From the NCBI GenBank assembly GCA_963819815.1, contig CAWFXL010000001.1, positions 64,001-128,000 of the forward strand: a stretch of DNA of 64,000 nt. Direction: 5' to 3'. A program made the translations under genes and the position numbers. Shown here one piece after another: positions 19,445-28,865 of the stretch (position 1 is the first letter of the stretch; each line of letters opens with the position of its first letter). The notes beneath the pieces were generated by a model, which was given only the letters and a program-made list of their open reading frames with translations, did no database searches and was not told the origin of the DNA. Origin of the DNA: an uncultured bacterium (lineage in GTDB: Bacteria; Babelota; Babeliae; Babelales; Babelaceae).

Positions 19445-22140
19445 ATGAAGCAAATAGTACCTATAGTCAATCATAGCACTCATAAGTTTTTCAGCTTCAG
19501 TGCAAGCAGGAAACTCTTCTGCCAATGATCTTGTGATAGATCAAGAACGGCAATATTTTAGCGGTGGGTATCTCAAATAACCCTACCAATTCTGTGTCAA
19601 CCCAGCCAACTAATTCAAGTTCATGTGCGCTGGTTCGTTATTTGCCCAACGGAACACTTGATCCTACCTTTAATCCTGATGGTACTGTTCCGGGAATACT
19701 TCAGATTATTTTACCGCCGCAAACTACTACCCCAAGCTTATTTGGGGTTAATGGGGGGCTTAATAGTGTTGTTCTTACCCCAGATGATAAGATCATAGCT
19801 GCCGGGACGTATAATCTTGGACTCAATACTGATGTTACGGTGCTTAAGTTCAATCAAGATGGGAGTTTTGATACGAGCTTTAATGCCACGGGGCAACTTG
19901 GTAAAACACCCGGAGTATCCTATATTAATGTTGGCCAATTTACCATACCCAATAACGTGGTAAACGGAACCACGCAAGATACGGCCTATGGGGTAGCTCT
20001 TGATAGTCTTGGGCGGATTGTGGTCGTAGGATCTACTAATAATGGGCAGAGCATTTCAACGCTCGTTATTAGACTGACGCCCAATGGTGAATTAGATCCA
20101 ACATTTAATGCTAACTCTGCGAAGCCAGGAATTTTTGTGTACAGTGTAGTACAAAATAATATTACCTCGAATATTGCCGCTACTGCGGTAGCTATTAATC
20201 CAGATGATTCAATTATTGTGGGAGGTACCTTAAATGGGAGCTACAATAATAGTAGTACAGTCTCTTCAAACTTTTATATCCTTAAGTTAACTTCTCAAGG
20301 AGTGGTTGATAAGACTTTTAATGCCGGAGGAAATGTTCCTGGCATCGTTCAACAAACCTTCCAAAACGTTTTTAATCAGGCATTTGCCCTGCAGCTTGAT
20401 ATGTTTGGTAATATCGTCATCGCCGGTTCCTCGCAGCAGTTTTTTGGGGGAAGCGCGTCAAGTGTGGGTGGTGCTCTGACACTTTTCGCAATTGCACGAT
20501 ATTTGCCAACAGGTTTGTTGGATACAACCTTTAATGCAAATGGCCTCTCCATGGGCCTTCCAGGGACTGTCTTAACTTCTATTTCTCAGAATATGGACAT
20601 TGTCAATGGTCTTGCCATAGCTGCAGATGGAGCACTTGTGGTTACTGGCGTTTCTAATGATGGAACGAATATGTCTTTTGCCACGGCACGATACACGCCT
20701 ACCGGGGTTCTTGATCCGGCCTTTAACCCTACAGGATCGATTCCCGGAGTGGTAATTACCCAGGTTAACCAAGTTCCACAATATACGCCTACGCCAACGG
20801 TAATCAATACGGGGAAGGCAGTTGTTATAGGCTCAAATAGTGAAATTTATGTCTCAGGCTTTTCTTTCGATGGCTTTCAAACTAACTTTACGATACTTAA
20901 CTACCTTTCTGCAGGGGTTCTTAATACGCCAGTATTTAATCCAACAGGATTGATTTCAAATGTTCCTGGTGTGGTAGTTACACCTATTGGCCAATCTCTG
21001 ACTATTCAAGGTAATGGGGTGCCCATGTTTATCACCGAGGATGTATCTGGCGTAAGTCCGGATATTTTGAGTACTTTGCGGCAGCCCTTTGAATTGATTG
21101 AGCCTATAATTACTACCGACACAAGACCTGTCTTTAAGCAAAAGCAGATTACTCTAAAGGGTACTGCATCACCTAACGCATTTGTTGCCTTGTATGTAAA
21201 TGGTTTTGAAGTGGCTAAAGCCTCAGCGCGCTATACGGGAGAATGGTATGCGATCTTACCTCCGCTGCTTGATGGGACCTATGAAGTTGTAGCTGTGGCT
21301 CAAGATCCTCTTTCGGGTATTAGCTTGTCCTCGCTGCCTGTTTCACTTAAGGTACGAACCTACGTGCCAAAGCCTCCACATATTACGAAGCCTTTTTTAA
21401 ACCAGGTACTTACGGAAAAGACTATTGTTGTTGAAGGTATGGCAGATCCAGGAGCTTTGGTTACTCTGTTTCTGGATGAGAAAAGACGTGCCCAGGTACG
21501 CGCTACAGGTGATGGACGATGGCATACGAGTGTAACAAATATCGACAAGGGCTCTCATGTTCTTACTGCTCAAGCACGCATCGAGGGGGATACACGAAGT
21601 AAGCAGTCTGAACCAGTTTCATTTTCTGTTGATCTTAGTGGCGAAAAAGCTCCCGTGATTATTTCACCAAAAAATGGATTTGTAAGTACAAGTTCACAAG
21701 TACGCTTAGAAGGGCAAGGGTCACCCAATTCAACGATAAAACTCTATGCTAATACCAAGCTTCTCAAAGAGGTCCCCGTAAATAAAGAGGGCAAGTGGAG
21801 TGCTCTATTGGCCAATCTTGAAGGCGCTCACGAATTCTATGCAACTACATCTAATAAAAATTATGCATCACAAAAGGTCTCAGGAAAGTTGATACTACCG
21901 GCGCCTAGAGAGCATGACTTTGCAGATCCTATGGACCCTTTTTCAGGCTACGCATCTCCAGGAGGAACGATTAAAGTGTATAGTGGCACCAACTATCTTG
22001 GTATGACTAAAGCCAATAAAGATGGCAGGTGGACCTTTACTCCCTTGAAGAGTATTGGGGTAGGATATGAGCCTATTAAGATAGATATCTATGATGCTCA
22101 AGGAATAAAGCAATCAACCATTGAGAAATCTTCGTCCTAG
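19445..22140 (+). CDS. Large surface protein: delta-60/beta-propeller-type repeats + C-terminal Ig-like domains; 5' end broken by two +1 frameshifts
   Basis: Repeated RY.P.G.LD.TFN..G..PG motifs and Ig-like LxGTAxP...DGxW units; signal peptide recovered from ATG 19445 after removing 1 nt near 19469 and 1 nt near 19546. Confidence 0.8.
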
Positions 22141-22256
22141 TAAGGTGATAGGTCTTTAATTGCTTAATTAAGAAAGAGTCTAACAAGACCAATGAGAGCT
22201 TGCATTCTACAAGGGGTGTAATTAAAATTTTCATATGAAGATTGCGTAAATGTTTT

Positions 22257-23711
22257 TTAATGTTCTCGAGCTTTATTGAGGAACTGCTCAGTTCTTGCAA
22301 TGTTAGACCTGATCGTATTTTTCATAGAGTTTGGAGCGATCTCTAAAGCTTGTCTAAAGTAGTCTAAACCTGTTCTGTTGTCCCTTTGAGAACAATGAGC
22401 ATTGCCAAGACCAATAAGAGCCTGAGCTTGCAACGTTGCATCCCCATGAGTGCCAAGGACTCGACGAGCTTCTAGATACCAATCAATATCATTTCTATGT
22501 CGATTATCAGTATAACGGGCATTGCCAAGACCAATCAGGGCTCGAGCCTGCAAGTCCACGTCACCATGGTCGCCTAGTACTTTGAGAGCTTCTCGATACC
22601 AATAGTTTCTATCATGTTGATGATCAGTGTAACGAGCATTGCCAAGACCAATAAGAGCCTGAGCTTGTAACGATATATCTCCATGATTTCCAAGGATTGC
22701 GAGAGCTTCAAGATACCAATCAGCATTATTTTCATGCCGATTATCGGTATAACGAGCATTACCAAGACCAATGAGTGCCTGCGCTTGTAAGTCTATATCA
22801 CCATGCGAGCCAAGTATTCCAAGAGCTTCTAGATACCAATGGTTTCTATAATGTTGATTATCAGTATAACGAGCATTACCAAGGCCAATGAGTGCCTGCG
22901 CTTGTAAGGTTATATCACCAGTAGAACCAAGTACTCTGCGAGCTTCAAGATACCAATCAGCTTGCTTTCTATGTTGAATATCAGAATGACGAGCATTACC
23001 AAGACCAATAAGAGCTGTTGCTTGTAAGGTTATATCACCATGCGAGCCAAGTATTCTGCGCGCTTCAAGATACCAATCAGCATTGTTCCTATGCTGATTA
23101 TCAGTATAACGAGCATTGCCAAGGCCAATAAGGGCCTGGGCTCGTATATTTTGGTTATTGCTAGTAGTACACCATTCGAGGGCCTGGAGATAGTATCTGC
23201 AGCCATCTGAGGCATTATGCAGTGTTAAACGATAAAAGTCTCCCACATAACAAAGTGTTTGGCCATAGGAAGGGGTCTGTTGATCGATTTTTAAGGCTTT
23301 CAGAGCACAGTGCAAGGCTGTTTTGATTTCACCATTTCTTCTATAAAGTTTTGAGAGGTTGCGAGAGCTTATCGATCGTAAGTCTGCAGAAAGGTTATCT
23401 TGAGATTCAATCAGGTGCATATATACTTTTTGAGCAAGCCTTAAAGCTTCCTTACTCGTAAATAGATGTCGATATTCATTAGCAATAGCATACCAGCATT
23501 CTGCATTGTTTGGAGTAATGCCTATGGTTTTAAGTTGATTTTCATGCTTAAGCAGGATCTTCTGGAGATCTTCAGCCCCTAATCGAGCAAATTCACCCTT
23601 AGCCGGAGCAGTTAATGCATCAGGTACAACGGTTTTCATGCTAGAGCTGAAGCTTAAATGGCTGTAAGTAGAGAGAATTCCTATAAGCAGAGGTCTTAAT
23701 ATGCTGTTCAA
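22257..23711 (-). CDS. Secreted TPR-like tandem-repeat protein, 6 repeats + cap
   Basis: Repeats QAQALIGLGNARYTDxQHxxxxxWYLEAxxxLGxxGDxxL; TTG start with GGAG SD. Confidence 0.9.
   Translation of the reverse strand: MNSILRPLLIGILSTYSHLSFSSSMKTVVPDALTAPAKGEFARLGAEDLQKILLKHENQLKTIGITPNNAECWYAIANEYRHLFTSKEALRLAQKVYMHLIESQDNLSADLRSISSRNLSKLYRRNGEIKTALHCALKALKIDQQTPSYGQTLCYVGDFYRLTLHNASDGCRYYLQALEWCTTSNNQNIRAQALIGLGNARYTDNQHRNNADWYLEARRILGSHGDITLQATALIGLGNARHSDIQHRKQADWYLEARRVLGSTGDITLQAQALIGLGNARYTDNQHYRNHWYLEALGILGSHGDIDLQAQALIGLGNARYTDNRHENNADWYLEALAILGNHGDISLQAQALIGLGNARYTDHQHDRNYWYREALKVLGDHGDVDLQARALIGLGNARYTDNRHRNDIDWYLEARRVLGTHGDATLQAQALIGLGNAHCSQRDNRTGLDYFRQALEIAPNSMKNTIRSNIARTEQFLNKAREH
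22431..23144 (-). repeat. Six coding repeats of 117/120 bp
   Basis: 714 bp = 4x120 + 2x117. Confidence 0.9.
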
Positions 23712-23852
23712 ATGAAAACTCCATACGTTTTACAAAATAATTAATAGTATAATATATACTAAAATACTTGCAATGAGTAATGAGGGGTTTTCTTTCGGGG
23801 AAACCTTTGTTCATAGTAGCGGATGAAATGCTGCAAAATATAAAAAAATGAG

Positions 23853-25964
23853 TTAGCGATAACGAGGTCTTCTTTGCGGGTTCCCAGAAGCATCTCTCTT
23901 TAGGAAGTGCTCAGTTCTTGCAATGTTAGACCTGATCGTATTCTTCATAGAGTTTGGAGCGATCTTTAAAGCTTGTCTAAAGTAGTCTAAACCTGTTATG
24001 TTGTCTCTTTGAGAACAATGAGTATTGCCAAGTCCAATGAGGGCCTGAGCTTGTAACGATATATCTCCATGATTGCCTAGTACTTTGAGAGCTTCTAGAC
24101 ACCAATAGTTTCTATCATGTTGATTATCAGTGTAACGAGCATTACCAAGTCCAATGAGGGCCTGGGCTTGTAGGTCTATATCACCAGTAGAGCCAAGGAC
24201 TCCGAGAGCTTCAAGATACCAATCGGCATTATTATTATGTTGATTATCGGTATAACGAGCATTGCCAAGTCCAATGAGTGCTTGAGCTTGTAAGGCTATG
24301 TCACCATGAGTACCAAGCACTCTGAGAGCTTCTAGATACCAATCGGCTTGAGCTCTATGTTGATGATCAGTGTAACGAGCATTGCCAAGTCCAATGAGGG
24401 CCTGGGCTTGTAATTCCACGTCACCACGGCCGCCTAGTACTTTGAGAGCTTCTAGATACCAATAGTTTCTATCATGTTGATTATCAGTGTAACGAGCATT
24501 GCCAAGTCCAATGAGGGCCTGGGCTTGTAGGTCTATATCACCAGTAGAGCCAAGAACTCCGAGAGCTTCAAGATACCAATCAGCATTATTATTATGTTGA
24601 TTGTCGGTATAACGAGCATTGCCAAGTCCAATGAGTGCCTGGGCTTGTAATTCCACGTCACCACGGTCGCCTAGTACTTTGAGAGCTTCTAGATACCAAT
24701 AGTTTCTATCATGTTGATTATCAGTGTAACGAGCATTGCCAAGTCCAATGAGGGCCTGGGCTTGTAGGTCTATATCACCAGTAGAGCCAAGAACTCCGTG
24801 AGCTTCAAGATACCAGTCAGCATTATTATTATGTTGATTGTCGGTATAACGAGCATTACCAAGGCCAATGAGTGCCTGAGCTTGTAAGTCCACGTCACCA
24901 CGATCGCCTAGTACTTTGAGAGCTTCTAGAAACCAATAGTTTCTATCATGTTGATTATCAGTGTAACGAGCATTGCCAAGTCCAATGAGGGCCTGGGCTT
25001 GTAGGTCTATATCACCAGTAGAGCCAAGGACTCCGAGAGCTTCAAGATACCAATCAGCATTATTATTATGTTGATTATCGGTATAACGAGCATTGCCAAG
25101 ACCAATGAGGGCCTGGGCTTGTAAGACTATATCACCATGAGAGCCAAGTAGTCTGAGAGCTTCTCGATACCAATCGGCTTGAGCTCTATGTTGATGATCA
25201 GTGTAACGAGCATTGCCAAGTCCAATGAGGGCCTGGGCTTGTAATTCCACGTCACCAAGGTCGCCTAGTACTTTGAGAGCTTCTAGATACCAATAGTTTC
25301 TATCATGTTGATTATCGGTATAACGAGCATTGCCAAGTCCAATGAGGGCCTGAGCTTGTGCATTTCGAATATTATTGGTAGTGCACCATTCAAGTGCCTT
25401 AAGATAGTATCCGCACCCATTTGCGGTATTATGCAAGGTGAAGCGATAGAAGTCTCCCATATAACAAAGTGTTCGGCCATAGGAGCGTGTCTGCATACCA
25501 GTTTCTAAGGCATGCCGAGCATAGTGCAAGGCCTTTTGTATTTCACCATTTCTTCTATAAAGTTTTGAAAGACAGCGTGCGGTTAACGATCGTAAGTTTG
25601 CAGGTAGGTCATCCTTAGATTCAATCAGGTGCATATATACTTTCTCAGCAAATCTTAAGGCATTCTTACAAGCAAATAGATGTCGATATCCATTAGCAAT
25701 CTCATACCAGCATTCTGCATTGTTTGGAGTAATACCAATAGTAGCAAGATGTTCTTCATGCTTAACCAAGATATTTTGAAGATCTTCAACTCCTAACCGA
25801 GCGAATTCACCCCTAGCCATAATGGTTAATACATCGAGTGAATTAGCCGAAGGGCAATCGATAGATGCTGCCGCGAGAGCTTCCACGCTAGAGCTAAGGC
25901 TAAAGGTGCTGTAGGAAGAGAAAATAGTGATAAGTAGAAATCTTAATGCGCTGTTCAAGTACAA
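23853..25964 (-). CDS. Secreted TPR-like tandem-repeat protein, 11 repeats + cap, basic C-terminal tail; paralog of 22257..23711
   Basis: Same N-domain, repeats and cap; ends PQRRPRYR. Confidence 0.9.
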   Translation of the reverse strand: MYLNSALRFLLITIFSSYSTFSLSSSVEALAAASIDCPSANSLDVLTIMARGEFARLGVEDLQNILVKHEEHLATIGITPNNAECWYEIANGYRHLFACKNALRFAEKVYMHLIESKDDLPANLRSLTARCLSKLYRRNGEIQKALHYARHALETGMQTRSYGRTLCYMGDFYRFTLHNTANGCGYYLKALEWCTTNNIRNAQAQALIGLGNARYTDNQHDRNYWYLEALKVLGDLGDVELQAQALIGLGNARYTDHQHRAQADWYREALRLLGSHGDIVLQAQALIGLGNARYTDNQHNNNADWYLEALGVLGSTGDIDLQAQALIGLGNARYTDNQHDRNYWFLEALKVLGDRGDVDLQAQALIGLGNARYTDNQHNNNADWYLEAHGVLGSTGDIDLQAQALIGLGNARYTDNQHDRNYWYLEALKVLGDRGDVELQAQALIGLGNARYTDNQHNNNADWYLEALGVLGSTGDIDLQAQALIGLGNARYTDNQHDRNYWYLEALKVLGGRGDVELQAQALIGLGNARYTDHQHRAQADWYLEALRVLGTHGDIALQAQALIGLGNARYTDNQHNNNADWYLEALGVLGSTGDIDLQAQALIGLGNARYTDNQHDRNYWCLEALKVLGNHGDISLQAQALIGLGNTHCSQRDNITGLDYFRQALKIAPNSMKNTIRSNIARTEHFLKRDASGNPQRRPRYR
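24054..25358 (-). repeat. Eleven near-identical coding repeats of 117/120 bp
   Basis: 1305 bp = 5x117 + 6x120. Confidence 0.95.
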
Positions 25965-26111
25965 ACTCCTTATGTGTTTATATATTAATTAACATTATAT
26001 ATTAATTAAAAATAATTACAAGGAGAAATGAAGACATTTTTTCTTACGGAACATCTTTCTACATAAAGGGGATGTAGTTGCTCGAGGGATAAAGTACCAT
26101 AATTCTTTGTT

Positions 26112-26762
26112 CTAGCGTGATGATACTTTAGGGAGTCGAGAAAGGTCTTTGATGGTGCCTGAAAAGAGAAGGACATCTTTTTCGGTAACAATATACGTAG
26201 GATCTACAGGTTCTATTCTATCATCTTCTTTTTTGCCAATGCAGATAACTCCATAGGTATGAGGAAAATCAAGCTCTTTAATGCTCTTTTTCTGAAATTC
26301 TTTAGGAGCTTCGAGTCTACTTATGCAGAAGTTTGAGGCAAGGCGTGTTACTGCTTTAAAGGGTAAGCTCAATACATCGGCGACTCTTCTTCCTTCTTCA
26401 CGTTCAGGAAGGACGACTTGGTCTGCTCCGATAAGAAGGAGAATTTCGCGGTGAATGTCGCTAATAGAACGGGTGATAACTGTTTTTATATGGAGTCGAT
26501 GTTTTAAAAGAGCGGTAACTAAAATAGATTGGGCAAAGTTTTCACCCATAGCTACGATGACCGTATCCATATCGTCAACGCCGATACTGCGTAATGATTC
26601 CTCATCATGTACTCTCAGGCAAACTGCTTGAGAGACTTTGTCACGTATAGAGGCAATAATGCCTTCATTAGCATCAATTGCTAATACTTCCATACCATTT
26701 TCTGCAAGCGTAACGGCAACATGATATCCAAAACGACCAACTCCGATGACACAAAATTTCAT
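26112..26762 (-). CDS. ktrA: Ktr/Trk K+ uptake NAD-binding (RCK) subunit
   Basis: VIGVGRFG, GADQVVLPE. Confidence 0.9.
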   Translation of the reverse strand: MKFCVIGVGRFGYHVAVTLAENGMEVLAIDANEGIIASIRDKVSQAVCLRVHDEESLRSIGVDDMDTVIVAMGENFAQSILVTALLKHRLHIKTVITRSISDIHREILLLIGADQVVLPEREEGRRVADVLSLPFKAVTRLASNFCISRLEAPKEFQKKSIKELDFPHTYGVICIGKKEDDRIEPVDPTYIVTEKDVLLFSGTIKDLSRLPKVSSR

Positions 26763-26776
26763 AGTGGGGTTCCTAG

Positions 26777-28162
26777 CTAGCTCATCATAATTCGTTCTTC
26801 AGGGTAGTGAAATTCTGCTCGTTCACGCGGTGTACGTAATGCGAGCATGAGCGTTAATATTCCTACTCTACCCATAAACATGTTTACTATAATAATCAGT
26901 TTTCCCGCAATAGTTAAGGTTGGCGTGATTGAAGTAGCCAGGCCCAAGTTAGTAAAAGAGGAAACTGCTTCAAAAAAAACACTAATAAAACTACTATGGC
27001 TTTCTACAAGAGCCAGCAGGAACGTACTTGCAGTAATCCACACGAGACTTACTGAAAGTACTGCCATAGCCTTAAAGATCTGATCTTGAGCAACGCGCCG
27101 GTTTATTATGTCAACTTCCATACGTCCATTGACAACCGCGCGGATCGTTGCAAGGAAAATAGCAAAGGTGGTTACTTTGATGCCTGATCCTGTTGAAACA
27201 GGTGATGAACCGATAAAGCTATACATCATGATTAAGAAAATCGTTGCTGTTTGCATCGTATCAAGATCAATAGTGGTGAACCCGATACTCCGATATGAGA
27301 TAGCGTTGAAGAGCATATTGCTCAATGTCTCCCACCACGGGCTATCAGGAAAATGGCTTGGCCCCTCCAACAAAACGAGCAGTAAGGTGGCTCCTAGAAT
27401 CAGAATGGCAGTCATGCTTAGTATGATTTTTGAGGTGAGCGAAAACTGAAAGAATCGTCCTTCCCACCTACTTTTGATGAAGAGAAATAGTTCATGGAGG
27501 GTGATAAATCCGATACCGCCTACCATAATTAAAATACTGGTAACTGCAAGAAAGGGTAAATTGTGACTATAGGGAACTAAGCTTTCAGATCCAAAGCTGC
27601 TCATTCCAGCCATACAGAAGGACGAGATGCTATGAAATATTGCATGAAATGCCGCATCCCACGGTGCATACTGATCCTTGATTAGAAGGTAAATACATAC
27701 AGCTCCAACAAGTTCAACAATAATAGTCGTTTTTATAATAAAGAAGAGAATTTGACGAGGATTTTTGAACGTTGAGAGTTCTAAGATTTTTCCTAACATA
27801 AATTTTGTTGAGATCCCTAAGTTAAAAAAGAGCGCTACTAGGAAAAGCCAGAGAGTAAGCAGCCCTATGCCACCTATTTGGATAAGGCCAAGTATGATGC
27901 ATTTCCCAAAGAGACTAAAGGATTCGAATGGTACTGTAAGCACCCCAGTGACACACGTTGAAGATGTAGCAGTAAAGAAGCAATCGATAAGCGAGATCGG
28001 AGTATTTTGTGCAGCAGGCACCTTCAAAAGGATTGTGCCTAGAATGATGGTGAGGGCGATCGTGAATAAAACGGTTCTCCCGGGCGAGTCTGTTAAGGCA
28101 CGTAATAAACGCATAATCTGACCTTGCTCTTTCATATTTAAAAGGTACCTGCCAATATACAC
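26777..28162 (-). CDS. ktrB: Ktr/Trk K+ uptake membrane subunit (start uncertain)
   Basis: FTATSSTCVTG, STGSGIKVTT, MFMGRVG, YPEERI. Confidence 0.92.
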   Translation of the reverse strand: MYIGRYLLNMKEQGQIMRLLRALTDSPGRTVLFTIALTIILGTILLKVPAAQNTPISLIDCFFTATSSTCVTGVLTVPFESFSLFGKCIILGLIQIGGIGLLTLWLFLVALFFNLGISTKFMLGKILELSTFKNPRQILFFIIKTTIIVELVGAVCIYLLIKDQYAPWDAAFHAIFHSISSFCMAGMSSFGSESLVPYSHNLPFLAVTSILIMVGGIGFITLHELFLFIKSRWEGRFFQFSLTSKIILSMTAILILGATLLLVLLEGPSHFPDSPWWETLSNMLFNAISYRSIGFTTIDLDTMQTATIFLIMMYSFIGSSPVSTGSGIKVTTFAIFLATIRAVVNGRMEVDIINRRVAQDQIFKAMAVLSVSLVWITASTFLLALVESHSSFISVFFEAVSSFTNLGLATSITPTLTIAGKLIIIVNMFMGRVGILTLMLALRTPRERAEFHYPEERIMMS

Positions 28163-28417
28163 CTGGGTAGGGTACTGCTGTCAAGTGGAGGAAAATTCGA
28201 GTGTGAAAATTGTGGGCCCCAATGTGATAGTTGGTTTTTTGTCATAGGTATGAGATAGAGATTGCGAAAGGATAAGTATTAGGAGAAAAGACGGTACCTA
28301 ACCTTTTTTGGGGCTGTACCAAGAACTAGACACGCCATGCAGATTTTGGTACTATTTCGATGATGTATCTCCTCGCCTAGCGCTTAAAAGATATTTGATG
28401 CGATGAAAGGACTTGCG

Positions 28418-28744
28418 ATGCCTAAAAAAATGAAAACGACGTATGATATATTTCTTGAGTCGATGACTTCTGATCAGAAAAAAGAGTTTGACAGTGAACT
28501 TCGCAATCTTGCGCTATCTGAGTTTGTACTTGCCGCAATGAAGCAAGATACCGTATCGGTAAGAAAGCTTGCAAAAATAGCTGGTGTATCTCCAACAATT
28601 ATACAAGCGATTCGTTCAGGCTCCAGAGATGATTTTGCGCTAAAAAGTATATTTAAGGTTTTAGATAGTTTGGGTTTTAAAGTACTCCTAGAGAGGAACG
28701 GTGAGATTACACCACTCGATATTTCCTGGATAGCATCCGATTGA
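28418..28744 (+). CDS. XRE/HTH protein, antitoxin-like, with no adjacent toxin
   Basis: SVRKLAKIAGVSPTIIQAIRSG HTH; AAGGA SD. Confidence 0.75.
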   Translation: MPKKMKTTYDIFLESMTSDQKKEFDSELRNLALSEFVLAAMKQDTVSVRKLAKIAGVSPTIIQAIRSGSRDDFALKSIFKVLDSLGFKVLLERNGEITPLDISWIASD

Positions 28745-28865
28745 TTTGTTCTGTCGTTGAAAATGAACGACGGATAAGAAAGCGTAAATGACCCTGAAAG
28801 AGAAAGACATGCCTTACGAGAGAAATAGCGCCACTCTCGTTACGGGAGCAGCGCTACAAAAGATA

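Noticed and set aside
22431..25358. CRISPR or diversity-generating retroelement interpretation of the 117/120-bp repeats
   Set aside because: The repeats are in-frame coding units. No reverse transcriptase is present and I saw no adenine-specific template/variable pair.
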